Shown here: positions 1-10,024 of the stretch, one piece after another
Numbering within the stretch: the stretch's first letter is position 1
Layout of the letters: each line of letters starts with the position of its first letter
Source: Steroidobacteraceae bacterium
GTDB taxonomy: Bacteria > Pseudomonadota > Gammaproteobacteria > Steroidobacterales > Steroidobacteraceae
Length of the DNA: 64,000 nt
Reading direction: 5' to 3'
Assembly: GCA_035491795.1 (NCBI GenBank)
Contig: DATJKD010000073.1
Location: 22,416-86,415 of the forward strand
Made by a program: the position numbers and the translations under genes
The notes under the pieces: model-generated
What the model saw: the letters and a program-made list of their open reading frames with translations, nothing else
Database searches by the model: none
What the model was told of the DNA's origin: nothing

Positions 1-2110
1 TCCGCGCCGCCTCCACCACTTCCGCCACCAGCTCGGCCGGGATGCCGCGGTTCAGCTGCACCAGCTCGCGGTTGTTCTCCGCGGAGAAGCTCGACCACAG
101 CGCGCGCACGGCGCCGCCCGGGCTCGCGAGAACACCGTCGAAATCGGTCGGCGGGTTGACGAGGCTCACCACCTCGAGGTTGCTGTCGCGGAACTGCAGC
201 GTGCGCGACAGGGGAAACGCCACAGGCTCGAGCGAGGCGATCGAGGTTGCGAGCGAGCGCAAGCGCGTGTCGGCGCCCAGCCCTACGACGGTCACGGGAT
301 CCCCGGCACGCAGCTCGCGCAGATCGAGGCGAGCCGTGCGTATCGGCGTGCCGTTCAGGAGCTTCGGATCGAAGGACACGATCGACAGGTTGTGCAGAGG
401 GTGCACGTACTCGACGCGGCCCGGCAGCTCGACCGACCCGGCGAAGACGATCTTGACGTCCCCCGCCGCCACCGGAACGGTATTGCGGTCGATGACCACC
501 AATCCGCGTTCCGCGTCCACGATCAGACCCGTGCCGTGATAGTTGCGCTCGGAGATCCCCGCGACCGAGAACGGCATGTCGAAGTTCACGAGAACAAGCG
601 AGCCCGCGAGTGCGTCGGAAATCGGGGACCCCGTTATTGCGAACGAGGTGCGTGCCGGCTCTTCCGCTGGGGTCGGCGGCGGTGCGGGCAGGTCGGTACA
701 GGGCCAGTAACCCGTCGTGTCGTCGCGTCGGCACTCGCGTGCGGGGAACCAGCGGCGATCCATGCGCACGACACGGGTCTGCGTGCCCTTGGGATCGTCG
801 AGCGTCGTATAGCGCAATGTCGCGTGTCCGCCGTCGGGCAGTGCCGCGACCGCCTTGGTGAAATCGGGCAGACCGGCCACGGGCTGGCCGGCGATGCTCG
901 TGATCACGGCGCCGCGCGGTACACCGGCGGCCCCTAGCGCATAGCCGGGATTCGCGACGAACGCACCGCGCACCGCGGCGTTGAAATGGCGCGCCATCTG
1001 GTAGGACACGGTGTGCACGACGGAATCGCCGAACTCGAGATAGGCGTCCGGCGTGATTGCGTGCAGGTCCTCGACCTGCAACGGCTTTTCGTGCATCGCG
1101 CCGCCCCGCTGCACCTCGAGCGTTACGGTCTTGCCTACCGACTCGTCGAGCACCTCGGCGAGCGGTTGAAACGTCGTGACCAGCTTCCCGTCGATGCGCA
1201 CCAGGATGTCACCCGCCTGCAGCGAACCCTCGGCCGCCGAGCCCGGCTGTACTTCGCTCACCACCAGCATGCCCGTAAGCCCGGGCTCGGCGCGACGCGC
1301 CTCGGCCTCGATTTCCGGCGCGAGCCCGAGCCGCTCGAGCTCGTCGTACGGTGTGTAGCTGAAAATCGTCTGCAAAGTGCCGCGGGTAATCGGCTGGCCC
1401 GCCTGGATGCGCTCGAGCGCGCGCTGCACGCGCGCGAGCGGCAGATAGAAGCTCGACGCGGCGCCGGTGCTGCCGCCGGCATTGAGCGCGACGACGCGCC
1501 CGCGTATGTCGATCACCGGCGAGCCCGAGGACCCGCCGGAGGTGCCGGAGGCTGCCTGGATGTAGAAAGTATTGAAATCGTTGTACTTGCCGATGCCATA
1601 TTCGGGGGCCTGCCGATCGAGCCGGGCGAGAGTGCCCGCCAGGATGGAGAGCTGCTCACCGGCATCGTTGCCCACGACGCGGATCTCGGTGCCGATCTGC
1701 GCGCCTTGGGGGTACAGGGGCAGCGCCGGCGGTGCGGTGTAGCGCAGTTTCGCAGGGTCGTAGCGATAGAAGCCGAAGTCGTGCACCGGATCGCGATACA
1801 CGGGCCGCAGCTCGACTTCCTCGCGATTCTGGAACACGGCCGTCGCGATCACCGGACCCGGGGTGACGACGTGACGGTTGGTGAGTATCAGCCCGCGCTC
1901 GGCGTCGACCACGAAGCCCGTGGCCTGGCTCGACTGGTTCCATTCAGTGTCGAAGGCCCGCGTCTGGTCGATCTCGATCGTGACAACCGCCGGCGCAATC
2001 CGCGACAGCGTCTGGTCCCAGGCGTGGGTCTCCCGAAGGGAGATATCCTGCGCGACTGAAGGCCACGTGGCTAGTAGCGCCAGGGCGGCGCATGCGAGCA
2101 CACCCCGCAT
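1..2110 (-). CDS. Secreted trypsin-like serine protease with duplicated protease region (HtrA/Nma111-like); 3' end runs off the window
   Basis: Absent from the ORF track because its stop lies left of position 1. My own minus-strand translation from ATG 2110..2108 stays open to position 2. It shows a signal-like N-terminus (MRGVLACAALALLATWPSVAQ), the catalytic-serine motif GTSGGSSGSPVID, a PDZ-like GDILVRIDGK segment and a second protease-like repeat (GTGLIVDAERGLVVIDRNTV). The + strand ORFs listed here are Arg/Ala-rich antisense shadows. Confidence 0.75.
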   Translation of the reverse strand, partial: MRGVLACAALALLATWPSVAQDISLRETHAWDQTLSRIAPAVVTIEIDQTRAFDTEWNQSSQATGFVVDAERGLILTNRHVVTPGPVIATAVFQNREEVELRPVYRDPVHDFGFYRYDPAKLRYTAPPALPLYPQGAQIGTEIRVVGNDAGEQLSILAGTLARLDRQAPEYGIGKYNDFNTFYIQAASGTSGGSSGSPVIDIRGRVVALNAGGSTGAASSFYLPLARVQRALERIQAGQPITRGTLQTIFSYTPYDELERLGLAPEIEAEARRAEPGLTGMLVVSEVQPGSAAEGSLQAGDILVRIDGKLVTTFQPLAEVLDESVGKTVTLEVQRGGAMHEKPLQVEDLHAITPDAYLEFGDSVVHTVSYQMARHFNAAVRGAFVANPGYALGAAGVPRGAVITSIAGQPVAGLPDFTKAVAALPDGGHATLRYTTLDDPKGTQTRVVRMDRRWFPARECRRDDTTGYWPCTDLPAPPPTPAEEPARTSFAITGSPISDALAGSLVLVNFDMPFSVAGISERNYHGTGLIVDAERGLVVIDRNTVPVAAGDVKIVFAGSVELPGRVEYVHPLHNLSIVSFDPKLLNGTPIRTARLDLRELRAGDPVTVVGLGADTRLRSLATSIASLEPVAFPLSRTLQFRDSNLEVVSLVNPPTDFDGVLASPGGAVRALWSSFSAENNRELVQLNRGIPAELVAEVVEAAR

Positions 2111-3042
2111 CAGATCGCGCGGCCGAAAGCGGCGCGGAAGCGGGCCGCGAACTCACCAGCCGTAAAGCGGTGATTCTGCGTTCCCGCATGCGCGATCTTG
2201 AGCGCCCCGAGGAGCGAGGCGATCCGACCGGTGGTTTCCCAGTCGAGGCCCCGCATCAGCCCGTAGATCAGCCCGGCCCGGTAAGCGTCACCGCAGCCCG
2301 TGGGATCGACCACGGCGTCGGGGCGGGCCGCCGGGATCGCGATCTCGCGACCGCCCGTCATGATGACGCTGCCCTGCGCGCCGCGCGTGATGATCAGCGC
2401 ATCCACCTGTTTCGCGAGCATGGCTATATCCTCTCCCGTCCGATCGCGCAGCAGCTGCGCCTCGTAGTCATTGACCGCGATCCATCGCGATCGTTCGACG
2501 AAACCCAGCAGCTCCGCCCGGTCGAATCGCGGCAACTGCTGGCCGGGATCGAACAACACCGGTACGCCCGCCGCGGCAAACTGCATCGAGTGCGCGAGCA
2601 TGCCCTCGCGCCCGTCCGGCGCGATCACCCCGAGTGTCACGCCGGCGTCGAGCGGCACCTGGTTGCGGTGCGAATGGTCCATCGCGCCCGGGTGGAAGGC
2701 GTTGATCTGGTTGGCGTCGAGGTCGGTGGTGATAAAGGCCTGAGCGGTGAACTCGCCCTCGATCGTGAGCACGTGATCGGTGCGCACGCCGCAGTCGGTG
2801 AGCCACTGCGCGTAGACCCCGAAATCGGTGCCGACGGTCGCCATCGGCGCGCCCTCGCCCCCCAGGAGCCGAAGGTTGTAGGCGATGTTCCCGGAACACC
2901 CGCCAAAGTTGCGCTTCATGCTGGGAACGAGAAACGACACGTTCAGCATATGGATGCTCTCGGGCAGGATGTGTTCCCGGAACCGGCCGGGAAACACCAT
3001 CACCGTGTCGTACGCGAGTGAGCCGCAGATGAGTGCCGTCAT
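2110..3042 (-). CDS. PfkB-family carbohydrate/nucleoside kinase (adenosine-kinase-like)
   Basis: The C-terminal 310 aa of ORF 2110..3396 read MTALICGSLAYDTV...DPTGCGDAYRAGLIYG, which is the PfkB ATP/anion-hole motif. Start re-picked at ATG 3042..3040, because the upstream 118 aa are Arg-rich junk. Its stop overlaps the protease start by 1 nt. Confidence 0.8.
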   Translation of the reverse strand: MTALICGSLAYDTVMVFPGRFREHILPESIHMLNVSFLVPSMKRNFGGCSGNIAYNLRLLGGEGAPMATVGTDFGVYAQWLTDCGVRTDHVLTIEGEFTAQAFITTDLDANQINAFHPGAMDHSHRNQVPLDAGVTLGVIAPDGREGMLAHSMQFAAAGVPVLFDPGQQLPRFDRAELLGFVERSRWIAVNDYEAQLLRDRTGEDIAMLAKQVDALIITRGAQGSVIMTGGREIAIPAARPDAVVDPTGCGDAYRAGLIYGLMRGLDWETTGRIASLLGALKIAHAGTQNHRFTAGEFAARFRAAFGRAI

Positions 3043-3068
3043 GCGCCGCCGAGGGGAGGACCCCGTGT

Positions 3069-3437
3069 CTATACGAACAGTATCAGGCCCCAGGTCAGCG
3101 CGACCAGCGCGAGCGTCAGCATCACTGCCGCGGAGCCCGCATCCTTTGCGAAACCGGAGAGCGCATGCCGCTCGAGCCCGATGCGATCGACTACCACCTC
3201 GATCGCGGTATTGAGCAGCTCCACGATCAGGAGTACGAGCACGCTGCCCGCCAGCATAGCGCGCTCCACGGCGCTCTCTCCCAGGAAGAAGGCGAGCGGC
3301 AGCAGCACGACCGCGAGCCATACCTCCTGGCGGAACGCGGCCTCGCTCGAGTACGAGAGCCGGAGTCCCCGCAGCGAGTGCCCGGTCGCGAGCCACAGCC
3401 GCTTCAGACCCTGCGGCCGCAGGCCCTGGCGCATCAT
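3069..3437 (-). CDS. dgkA: Diacylglycerol kinase
   Basis: Carries [22 protein letters not shown] and AKDAGSAAV motifs and has three-TM character. ATG 3437..3435 forms an ATGA overlap with the gcvPB stop. ATG 3449 is an alternative start. Confidence 0.85.
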   Translation of the reverse strand: MMRQGLRPQGLKRLWLATGHSLRGLRLSYSSEAAFRQEVWLAVVLLPLAFFLGESAVERAMLAGSVLVLLIVELLNTAIEVVVDRIGLERHALSGFAKDAGSAAVMLTLALVALTWGLILFV

Positions 3438-4888
3438 GCTGCCGTCCATGCGAGATCGAGTTGCCGGGCCGCGCGCACGTCGTCGAGCCGTCGAACCGGC
3501 AAGGTGAACGGCGCGCCTTTGAGCTTGTCCGGTTCGGTCTGCGCCTCCTGGCGGATCGCGCTCATCGCCTCGACGAAGCCGTCGAGCTCAGCCTTGGCTT
3601 CCGTCTCCGTGGGCTCGATCAGCAGGCACTCCGGCACCAGCAGCGGAAAGTACGTGGTAGGCGCGTGGTACCCGTAGTCGAGCAGCCGCTTCGCGAAATC
3701 CATCGCGGTCGTGCCGTGCTCGCGCGCTTCGCGCCGCAGGGTGAGTATGAATTCGTGGCTCGCGCGCCGGCCAGGGTAGGCTGGCTCGAAGCCCGCCTTC
3801 GCGAGTCGAGCCAGGAGGTAATTGGAGTTGAGGGTGGCGAACTCCGACACGCGGTGCATGCCTTCGCGTCCGAGCATCCGCATGTAGATGTAAGCGCGCA
3901 GCAGCACGCCGGTGTTGCCCGCGAAGGCGGAGAGGCGCCCAATCGTCTGCGGCAGGTCAGCCTCGTCGAGCCAGCGGAAGCGCTCGCCCTCGCGGCCGAC
4001 CACGGGCACCGGCATATAAGGCAGCAGACGCTCGCTCACGCCTACCGCCCCCGAGCCCGGGCCGCCGCCGCCGTGCGGCGTGGAGAAGGTCTTGTGCAGG
4101 TTCATGTGGATGACGTCGAACCCCATGTCACCCGGACGTACCTTGCCGAGGATCGCGTTCAGGTTCGCGCCGTCGTAGTAGAGCAGCCCGCCCGCCTTGT
4201 GGACGACGTCCGCAACTTCGCGGATGCGCCGCTCGAAGACGCCCAACGTAGAGGGATTGGTGAGCATGATGCCCGCGGTCTGCGCACCGACCGCGGCGCG
4301 GAGCGCGTCGAGGTCGATGTCGCCGTTCGGAAGCGAAGGAATCTCATGCACCGTGCAGCCGCACATCGTGGCGGTGGCCGGGTTGGTGCCGTGTGCGGCA
4401 TCCGGAACGATGATCTCACGCCGCGTCTCGTCGCCCCGCGCGCGGTGGTAGGAGCGGATCATCGCCACGCCCGCGAACTCGCCCTGAGCCCCCGCCATCG
4501 GCGTGAGCGACACGCCGCGCATGCCGGTCACGACCTTGAGCATCTCCTGCAGCTCCCACAGGCACTGCATCACCCCCTGCCCCGTCGATTCCGGCGCGAG
4601 CGGGTGGCGCCCGAGGAACTCGGGCAGCATCGCATACTGGTTGCAGGCCCGCGGGTTGTATTTCATCGTGCATGAGCCGAGCGGGTAGAAGTGCGTGTCG
4701 ATCGAGAAGTTGAGCTGCGAGAGACGCGTGTAGTGCCGCACTGCCTGCAGTTCCGACACCTCGGGCAGCACGGCTGGTGTGCGGCGCCTGAGCGCCTTCG
4801 GGATCGCTGTCTCGGTCTCGGCCTCGGGGTACTGTGCGGTCGCACTCCTGCCGGGCGTCGAGTGCTCGAAGATCAGCTTTTCGCTCAT
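3434..4888 (-). CDS. gcvPB: Glycine dehydrogenase (decarboxylating) subunit 2
   Basis: Reads [14 protein letters not shown]...[22 protein letters not shown], which contains the PLP-lysine region. It lies directly after gcvPA. Start re-picked at ATG 4888. Confidence 0.92.
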   Translation of the reverse strand: MSEKLIFEHSTPGRSATAQYPEAETETAIPKALRRRTPAVLPEVSELQAVRHYTRLSQLNFSIDTHFYPLGSCTMKYNPRACNQYAMLPEFLGRHPLAPESTGQGVMQCLWELQEMLKVVTGMRGVSLTPMAGAQGEFAGVAMIRSYHRARGDETRREIIVPDAAHGTNPATATMCGCTVHEIPSLPNGDIDLDALRAAVGAQTAGIMLTNPSTLGVFERRIREVADVVHKAGGLLYYDGANLNAILGKVRPGDMGFDVIHMNLHKTFSTPHGGGGPGSGAVGVSERLLPYMPVPVVGREGERFRWLDEADLPQTIGRLSAFAGNTGVLLRAYIYMRMLGREGMHRVSEFATLNSNYLLARLAKAGFEPAYPGRRASHEFILTLRREAREHGTTAMDFAKRLLDYGYHAPTTYFPLLVPECLLIEPTETEAKAELDGFVEAMSAIRQEAQTEPDKLKGAPFTLPVRRLDDVRAARQLDLAWTAA

Positions 4889-4904
4889 GGGTACACTCCG
4901 GCGC

Positions 4905-6278
4905 TCAGGCGGCCGCTGCCTTGTCGAGCACCTCGCCCAGCGCGCGGGCATAGGTGTCGATGTCGGCAGTCGTGCGGGTCTCGGTCGCGCAGACGAGCAG
5001 CGCGGCGCCGAGCGCCGGGTAGTGCGGCGTGAGATCGTAGCCTCCTACGATGCCGCGCGCGGCAAGCGCCTCGAGCACCGGGCCCACCGGGCGATCGAGC
5101 TGCAGGACAGCCTCGTGGAACCGTGGCCGGTCAAAAGCGCCACGTACGCCGGGTATGCGCGTCAGCGCCGCGACGAGCTGCGAGGTCCTCTCGATGCACG
5201 CAGCGGCGACGCGCGCAAGTCCCCGGGCTCCCAGGAGCGCCAGATAGATGGTGCCGGCCGTTACCAGCAGCCCCTGGTTCGTGCAGATATTGGACGTAGC
5301 CTTGCTGCGCCGGATGTGCTGCTCACGTGCCTGCAAGGTCAGCGTGTAGCCCGGCCTGCCGTCGAGGTCGACCGTACGGCCGACAATGCGACCGGGCATC
5401 TGCCGCACGTGCTCCATGCGCGTGGTCATGAAGCCGAAGTACGGTCCGCCCGAGGACAGCGGCACCCCGAGCGGCTGCCCTTCGCCACAGACGATGTCGA
5501 CGCCCTTGCTGCCCCATTCCCCCGGCGGCTTCAACACGGCGAGTGAGGTGGGATTAACCACCGCGATCACGAGCATGCCGGCGGCGTGCGCGAGATCAGT
5601 GAGCACGTCGACGTCCTCTAGCGTGCCGAAGAAGTTCGGCTGCTGAATGACGAGTGCGGTGACGTCCTCACCCTGGTATTTATCGAGCGATGCCGCAGTC
5701 AGGTGCCCGCCGCGGGCGTCGTACGGGAGGATCTCCGCGCTCAGGTTCTGGTTGCCGGCGATGGCCGTGAGCACCGCGCGGTAGGTCGGGTTCAGGCTCG
5801 CAGGCACCAGCACGCGCGCGGATTTCGAGCGGCGATTCGCGCGCACCGCCATCAGGCAGGCCTCCGCCACCGCCGAGGCCCCGTCGTAGAGCGATGCATT
5901 GCTCGCCTGCATCCCGGTGAGGCTCGTCATCATCGACTGGAATTCGTAGACGAGCTGCAGCGTGCCCTGGCTCGCCTCCGCCTGGTAGGGCGTGTAGGCG
6001 CTGTAGAACTCGCCGCGGGTCACGATCGCCCAGATCGCGGCCGGGATGTGATGCTCGTAGGCGCCTGCCCCGATGAAGTTGAGCCGCCGGCCGTCGCGCG
6101 CGGCGCGCTCCTGCATCAAGCGGCCGATCTCCATCTCGGTGAGCCCGGCCGGGATCGACTCGAGCGAGCCCGCGCGCAGCTCGCGCGGGATCTCGTCGAA
6201 CAGCGTCTCGATATCGGGCACCCCGATGGTCGCGAGCATCTCGCGCACGTCGTCGGGGGTGTGCGGAATGAAGGGCAT
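4905..6278 (-). CDS. gcvPA: Glycine dehydrogenase (decarboxylating) subunit 1
   Basis: Reads [20 protein letters not shown]...[14 protein letters not shown]. Start re-picked at ATG 6278. It lies 16 nt after gcvH. Confidence 0.92.
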   Translation of the reverse strand: MPFIPHTPDDVREMLATIGVPDIETLFDEIPRELRAGSLESIPAGLTEMEIGRLMQERAARDGRRLNFIGAGAYEHHIPAAIWAIVTRGEFYSAYTPYQAEASQGTLQLVYEFQSMMTSLTGMQASNASLYDGASAVAEACLMAVRANRRSKSARVLVPASLNPTYRAVLTAIAGNQNLSAEILPYDARGGHLTAASLDKYQGEDVTALVIQQPNFFGTLEDVDVLTDLAHAAGMLVIAVVNPTSLAVLKPPGEWGSKGVDIVCGEGQPLGVPLSSGGPYFGFMTTRMEHVRQMPGRIVGRTVDLDGRPGYTLTLQAREQHIRRSKATSNICTNQGLLVTAGTIYLALLGARGLARVAAACIERTSQLVAALTRIPGVRGAFDRPRFHEAVLQLDRPVGPVLEALAARGIVGGYDLTPHYPALGAALLVCATETRTTADIDTYARALGEVLDKAAAA

Positions 6279-6294
6279 GTGCGCGTCCCGTGCG

Positions 6295-6690
6295 TCAGTG
6301 CGTTTCAGCGGCGAGCGCGGCCTCGTAGGCCTTCGCATCGAGTAATGCTGCGAACTGCGACTTGTCCTCAGGGCGGACGCGCATGATCCAGCCGCCGCCG
6401 TACGGATCGCGGTTGATGAGCTCGGGCTGCCCGCCGAGCTCGGCATTGCCAGCGACGATCTCGCCGCTCACGGGGCTGTAGATGTCGGAGGCGGCCTTGA
6501 CCGATTCGACGACGGCGCAGGCCTCGCCCGCCATCACCCGGCGGCCGGGCTCCGGCACCTCGACGAATACCAGGTCGCCGAGCGCCTGCTGCGCGTGGTC
6601 CGAGATGCCAACGGTCACGGTGCCGTCGGACTCGAGCCGCGCCCACTCGTGGGACTTGAGATACCGAAGCTCTGCCGGGACCTTGCTCAT
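6295..6690 (-). CDS. gcvH: Glycine cleavage system H protein (lipoyl carrier)
   Basis: 131 aa with [11 protein letters not shown] and the ESVKAASD lipoyl-lysine motif. Confidence 0.95.
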   Translation of the reverse strand: MSKVPAELRYLKSHEWARLESDGTVTVGISDHAQQALGDLVFVEVPEPGRRVMAGEACAVVESVKAASDIYSPVSGEIVAGNAELGGQPELINRDPYGGGWIMRVRPEDKSQFAALLDAKAYEAALAAETH

Positions 6691-6710
6691 GACGTCCTCC
6701 GCACTTGGGA

Positions 6711-7802
6711 TTAAAGAGGAATGGCGATCTTTCCGTTGCGGACGAAGGGCGGCCGGACGACCCGTGCGTCAAGCAGCCGTCCCCGGATCTCGACTTCGCA
6801 GCGGTCGGCGGTCTGCACCGGGACCCGCGCAAGACCGATCGAGCGCTCGAGTGTCGGCGAAAAGCTGCCGCTGGTTACTTCGCCCTCGCCGACCGCCGGC
6901 ACGATGACCTTCTGGTTCGAGCGCAGCACGCCGCGTCCCTCGAGCAGCAAGCCCGCGAGCTTCCGCGGCACACCAGCCGATTGTTGCGCCGCGAGCGCTG
7001 CGCGGCCGATGAAGTCGCGATCCTGCGGCTCCCATGCGACGGTCCAGGCAAGCCCCGACTCGAGTGGCGAGGTCGTCTCGTCCATGTCGTTGCCGTAGAG
7101 ATTCATGCCGGCCTCGAGACGCAGCGTATCGCGTGCGCCCAGTCCGCATTGCGCGATGCCCGCATCCCTGAGGCGACCCCAGAACGCAGGCGACTCGGCG
7201 GCTGGCAGCATGATCTCCCAGCCGTCCTCGCCGGTATAACCGGTACGAGCCACGAACCAGTCGCCCGCCTCCATCCCGACGAACGTGCCCAGCTCGAGCG
7301 CATGCGTGGCGACGTCCGGGTCCAGCAGGGCCGCGGCCTTGTGCCGCGCGTTGGGTCCCTGCACCGCGATCATCGCCAGATCGGTGCGCGGCTCGACGGC
7401 GACATCGAACGGAGCAGCGGATGCCCGTATCCACTCGAGATCTTTGTCGCGCGTGCCCGCGTTGACGACCATGCGGAACCACCGGTCGTTCATGTAGTAG
7501 ACGATCAGGTCGTCGATTACGCCGCCGGTCTCGCGCAGCATGCACGAGTAAAGCGCCTTGCCCGGTTGAGTGAGTTTGGCGACGTCGTTCGCGAGCAACC
7601 GCCGCAGGAACTCGCGGACGCGATCGCCGCGGAGGTCGACGACGCACATGTGCGAGACATCGAACATGCCGGCGTCGCGCCGCACAGCGTGATGCTCCTC
7701 GATCTGCGAGCCATAGACGACCGGCATGTCCCAGCCGCCGAAGTCGACCATGCGGGCGCCGGCGGCGAGATGCGTCTCGTAGAGCGGTGTACGCAAGGGC
7801 AT
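6711..7802 (-). CDS. gcvT: Glycine cleavage aminomethyltransferase (T protein)
   Basis: Reads [32 protein letters not shown] and is typical GcvT throughout. ATG at 7802 is preferred over the TTG at 7805 used by the ORF track. Confidence 0.95.
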   Translation of the reverse strand: MPLRTPLYETHLAAGARMVDFGGWDMPVVYGSQIEEHHAVRRDAGMFDVSHMCVVDLRGDRVREFLRRLLANDVAKLTQPGKALYSCMLRETGGVIDDLIVYYMNDRWFRMVVNAGTRDKDLEWIRASAAPFDVAVEPRTDLAMIAVQGPNARHKAAALLDPDVATHALELGTFVGMEAGDWFVARTGYTGEDGWEIMLPAAESPAFWGRLRDAGIAQCGLGARDTLRLEAGMNLYGNDMDETTSPLESGLAWTVAWEPQDRDFIGRAALAAQQSAGVPRKLAGLLLEGRGVLRSNQKVIVPAVGEGEVTSGSFSPTLERSIGLARVPVQTADRCEVEIRGRLLDARVVRPPFVRNGKIAIPL

Positions 7803-7821
7803 CAAGCGACCCCAAAGGAAC

Positions 7822-7864
7822 CAAAAAAAAAGAGGCGGCGGGCCTCGCGACCCACCGCCCCTCT
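7822..7864 (-). terminator. Intrinsic terminator acting as the glycine-riboswitch expression platform
   Basis: Minus strand reads GAGGGGCGGTGGG-tcgcgagg-CCCGCCGCCTC followed by T9. The 5' arm overlaps the closing P1 strand (GGACAGAG) of aptamer 2, so ligand-stabilised P1 would exclude the terminator, giving an ON switch. Confidence 0.7.
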
Positions 7865-8030
7865 GTCCAGTGACCTGAGAGATCGGGTGCCGCTGGCCGG
7901 CACCGCACCCCTTCGGTGGGCCCCCTGCGAGGCCGCTCTCCAGAGCCCATCAGGCGCCGCCGTACGTTTGCCTGAGCGTTTCCGGGCGTTTGCGCCTTCG
8001 GCGGGCCGTTTCCAGCCTCTCTCCGGACGG
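7861..8030 (-). promoter_or_regulatory. Tandem glycine riboswitch (two aptamers) in the gcvT leader
   Basis: Minus strand aptamer 1 reads CCGGAGAGAGGCUGGAAACGGCCCGCCGAAGGCGCAAACGCCCGGAAACGCUCAGGCAAACG. Aptamer 2 reads CUCUGGAGAGCGGCC...CCCACCGAAGGGGUGCGG...CUCUCAGGUCACUGGACAGAG. Both carry the conserved GGAGAG, CCGAAGG and CUCAGG elements. Confidence 0.88.
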
Positions 8031-8050
8031 ACCTTGCGATGGGTGGCGCG

Positions 8051-8079
8051 ATGTTACCCGGAAACCGGGACATTCTCTA
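8051..8079 (-). promoter_or_regulatory. Possible sigma70-type promoter for the riboswitch-gcv transcript
   Basis: Minus strand reads TAGAGA-17 nt-TAACAT, about 20 nt upstream of aptamer 1. The match to consensus is weak. Confidence 0.3.
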
Positions 8080-8233
8080 TTTCCTTCCTTGCTCGGATGG
8101 GAATCGGACTCCTCTCTGGCAACATCCCGCAGCTCGGTCGTTCCAGCGATGTGGGGCCTGCCCCGCCCGCTTGTCATTCGTCGCGACCGGACCCAACATC
8201 CACGCCCCGGCCCTGCTGTGGAGCGCACCGATC

Positions 8234-10024
8234 ATGCGTCCCGCGACCCTATCCGCATTCGTGCTTGCCGCGTGCCTCGCGGCCCCGCACGCCATCGCCG
8301 CCGAGGATGCGGCGAAGGCGTTGCACGACCTGTTCGATGCCGGCTGGGAGCGCAGCCTGCGCGAGGACCCCTTCTTCGCGACCTACCTCGGCGACCCGCG
8401 CTACGACGATCAGCTGCCCGACGAGTCGCTGGCCGCGATCGACGTGTCGAACGACGCGGACCGTCGGCTGCTCGCCGACGTCGAGGCGATCCCGTCGGCG
8501 AGCCTGACTCCGGGGGACCAGCTCAACCGCGAGCTCTTCCTTCGCATGTATGCTGATGCGATCGCCGGCCACGAGTGGGGAACCCAGTACTTCCCGCTCA
8601 ATCACATGGACGGCATACAGAACCTCGACCAGACCACGCAGCTCCTGCCGTTCGCGACGGTGAAGGACTACGAGAACTGGCTCGCACGCATGGGCAAGTT
8701 CAGCAAGCTCATGGACCAGAACATCGAGCTGATGCGCGACGGCATTGCGAAGAAGATGGTCCAGCCGCGCGTGATCATGGAGCGCGTGCCGCCACAGATC
8801 GCCACACAGCTGGTCGACGATCCCACGGCGAGCCCGTACTACGCGCCGTTCAAGACCATGCCCGACTCGATCCCGGCTGCCGAGCAGACCCGGCTGCGCG
8901 CCGCCGCGTCCCAGGCGATCAGTACTGTGATCGTGCCGGCGTACCGGCGCTTCGACGATTTCTTCCGCAAGGAGTACCTGCCCGCTTCCCGCGACACCGT
9001 GGGTGTCCGCGATCTCCCGGGCGGCGAGGCGTGGTATCAGCGACGCATCCGCTGGTTCACAACCACCGACCTGACCGCCAACCAGATCCACGAGCTCGGG
9101 CTGTCGGAGGTGGCGCGAATCCGCGGCGAGATGCAGAAGGTGATCGACAAGGTCGGCTTCAAGGGCGACCTGCCCGCGTTCATTCAGTACCTGCGCACCG
9201 ATCCGCGTTTCCGCTACACGGACCCGAAGCAGCTTCTGCAGCACTATCTCGCGATGTCGAAGAAGATCGACCCGCTGCTCACGCAGTATTTCGGCCGCCT
9301 GCCGCGAATACCCTACGGCGTGCGCTCGATCCCGGACAACACTGCGGCGGAAAACACGACTGCGTATTACCAGCCGCCCTCGATCGACGGGCGACGCGCC
9401 GGTTATTACTACGTAAACCTGTACAAGCCGGAAGAACGCCCGATCTACGAGATCCCGGTATTGACAGTCCACGAAGCCGTGCCTGGTCATCATTTGCAGA
9501 TCGCCCTCGCGCAGGAGCTCGGCGAGCTGCCGATGTTCCGCCGTGACTATGAGCTCACAGCCTTTACCGAGGGCTGGGGGCTCTACAGCGAGAGCCTTGG
9601 CGAGGAGATGGGGCTGTACGCCGATCCTTACGACAAGTTTGGCCAGCTGACGTATGAAATGTGGCGCGCCGTGCGGCTCGTGGTCGACACCGGGATGCAT
9701 CACAAGGGGTGGACCCGGCAGCAGGCGATCGATTTCTTCAAGGCCAATGCCGCGAAGACCGAGCTCGACATCACGAACGAGATCGACCGCTACATCGCCT
9801 GGCCGGGCCAGGCGCTGGCCTACAAGATCGGCGAGCTCAAGATCAAGGAGCTGCGCGCCCGGGCGACGAAGGATCTCGGCGGGAAATTCGACATCCGGGA
9901 TTTTCACGACGTCGTGCTGGGCAGCGGCGCGGTGCCGCTCGACGTGCTCGATCGCAACGTCGCGAACTGGCAGAAACAAGTTGCCGCGGGCACCACGACC
10001 GCAGCGGGAGGCGGCCAGCGGTGA
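8234..10024 (+). CDS. Secreted DUF885-family protein (putative metallopeptidase-like)
   Basis: Start re-picked at ATG 8234, which gives the signal peptide [24 protein letters not shown]. The body is typical of DUF885 ([52 protein letters not shown]). The listed 8039 start would run through the gcv promoter/riboswitch region. Confidence 0.8.
   Translation: MRPATLSAFVLAACLAAPHAIAAEDAAKALHDLFDAGWERSLREDPFFATYLGDPRYDDQLPDESLAAIDVSNDADRRLLADVEAIPSASLTPGDQLNRELFLRMYADAIAGHEWGTQYFPLNHMDGIQNLDQTTQLLPFATVKDYENWLARMGKFSKLMDQNIELMRDGIAKKMVQPRVIMERVPPQIATQLVDDPTASPYYAPFKTMPDSIPAAEQTRLRAAASQAISTVIVPAYRRFDDFFRKEYLPASRDTVGVRDLPGGEAWYQRRIRWFTTTDLTANQIHELGLSEVARIRGEMQKVIDKVGFKGDLPAFIQYLRTDPRFRYTDPKQLLQHYLAMSKKIDPLLTQYFGRLPRIPYGVRSIPDNTAAENTTAYYQPPSIDGRRAGYYYVNLYKPEERPIYEIPVLTVHEAVPGHHLQIALAQELGELPMFRRDYELTAFTEGWGLYSESLGEEMGLYADPYDKFGQLTYEMWRAVRLVVDTGMHHKGWTRQQAIDFFKANAAKTELDITNEIDRYIAWPGQALAYKIGELKIKELRARATKDLGGKFDIRDFHDVVLGSGAVPLDVLDRNVANWQKQVAAGTTTAAGGGQR

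Noticed and set aside
42-2059. Long + strand ORFs 42..539, 392..937 and 986..2059 (up to 357 aa)
   Set aside because: Their composition is Arg/Ala/Gly/Pro-rich with no recognisable motifs. They lie antisense to a minus-strand frame that encodes a clear signal peptide plus a serine-protease catalytic motif. These are typical high-GC shadow ORFs.
6705-8507. 600-aa + ORF and 434-aa minus ORF (6769..8073) across gcvT and the riboswitch
   Set aside because: They overlap the well-supported gcvT frame and the structured riboswitch/terminator. Their composition is junk.
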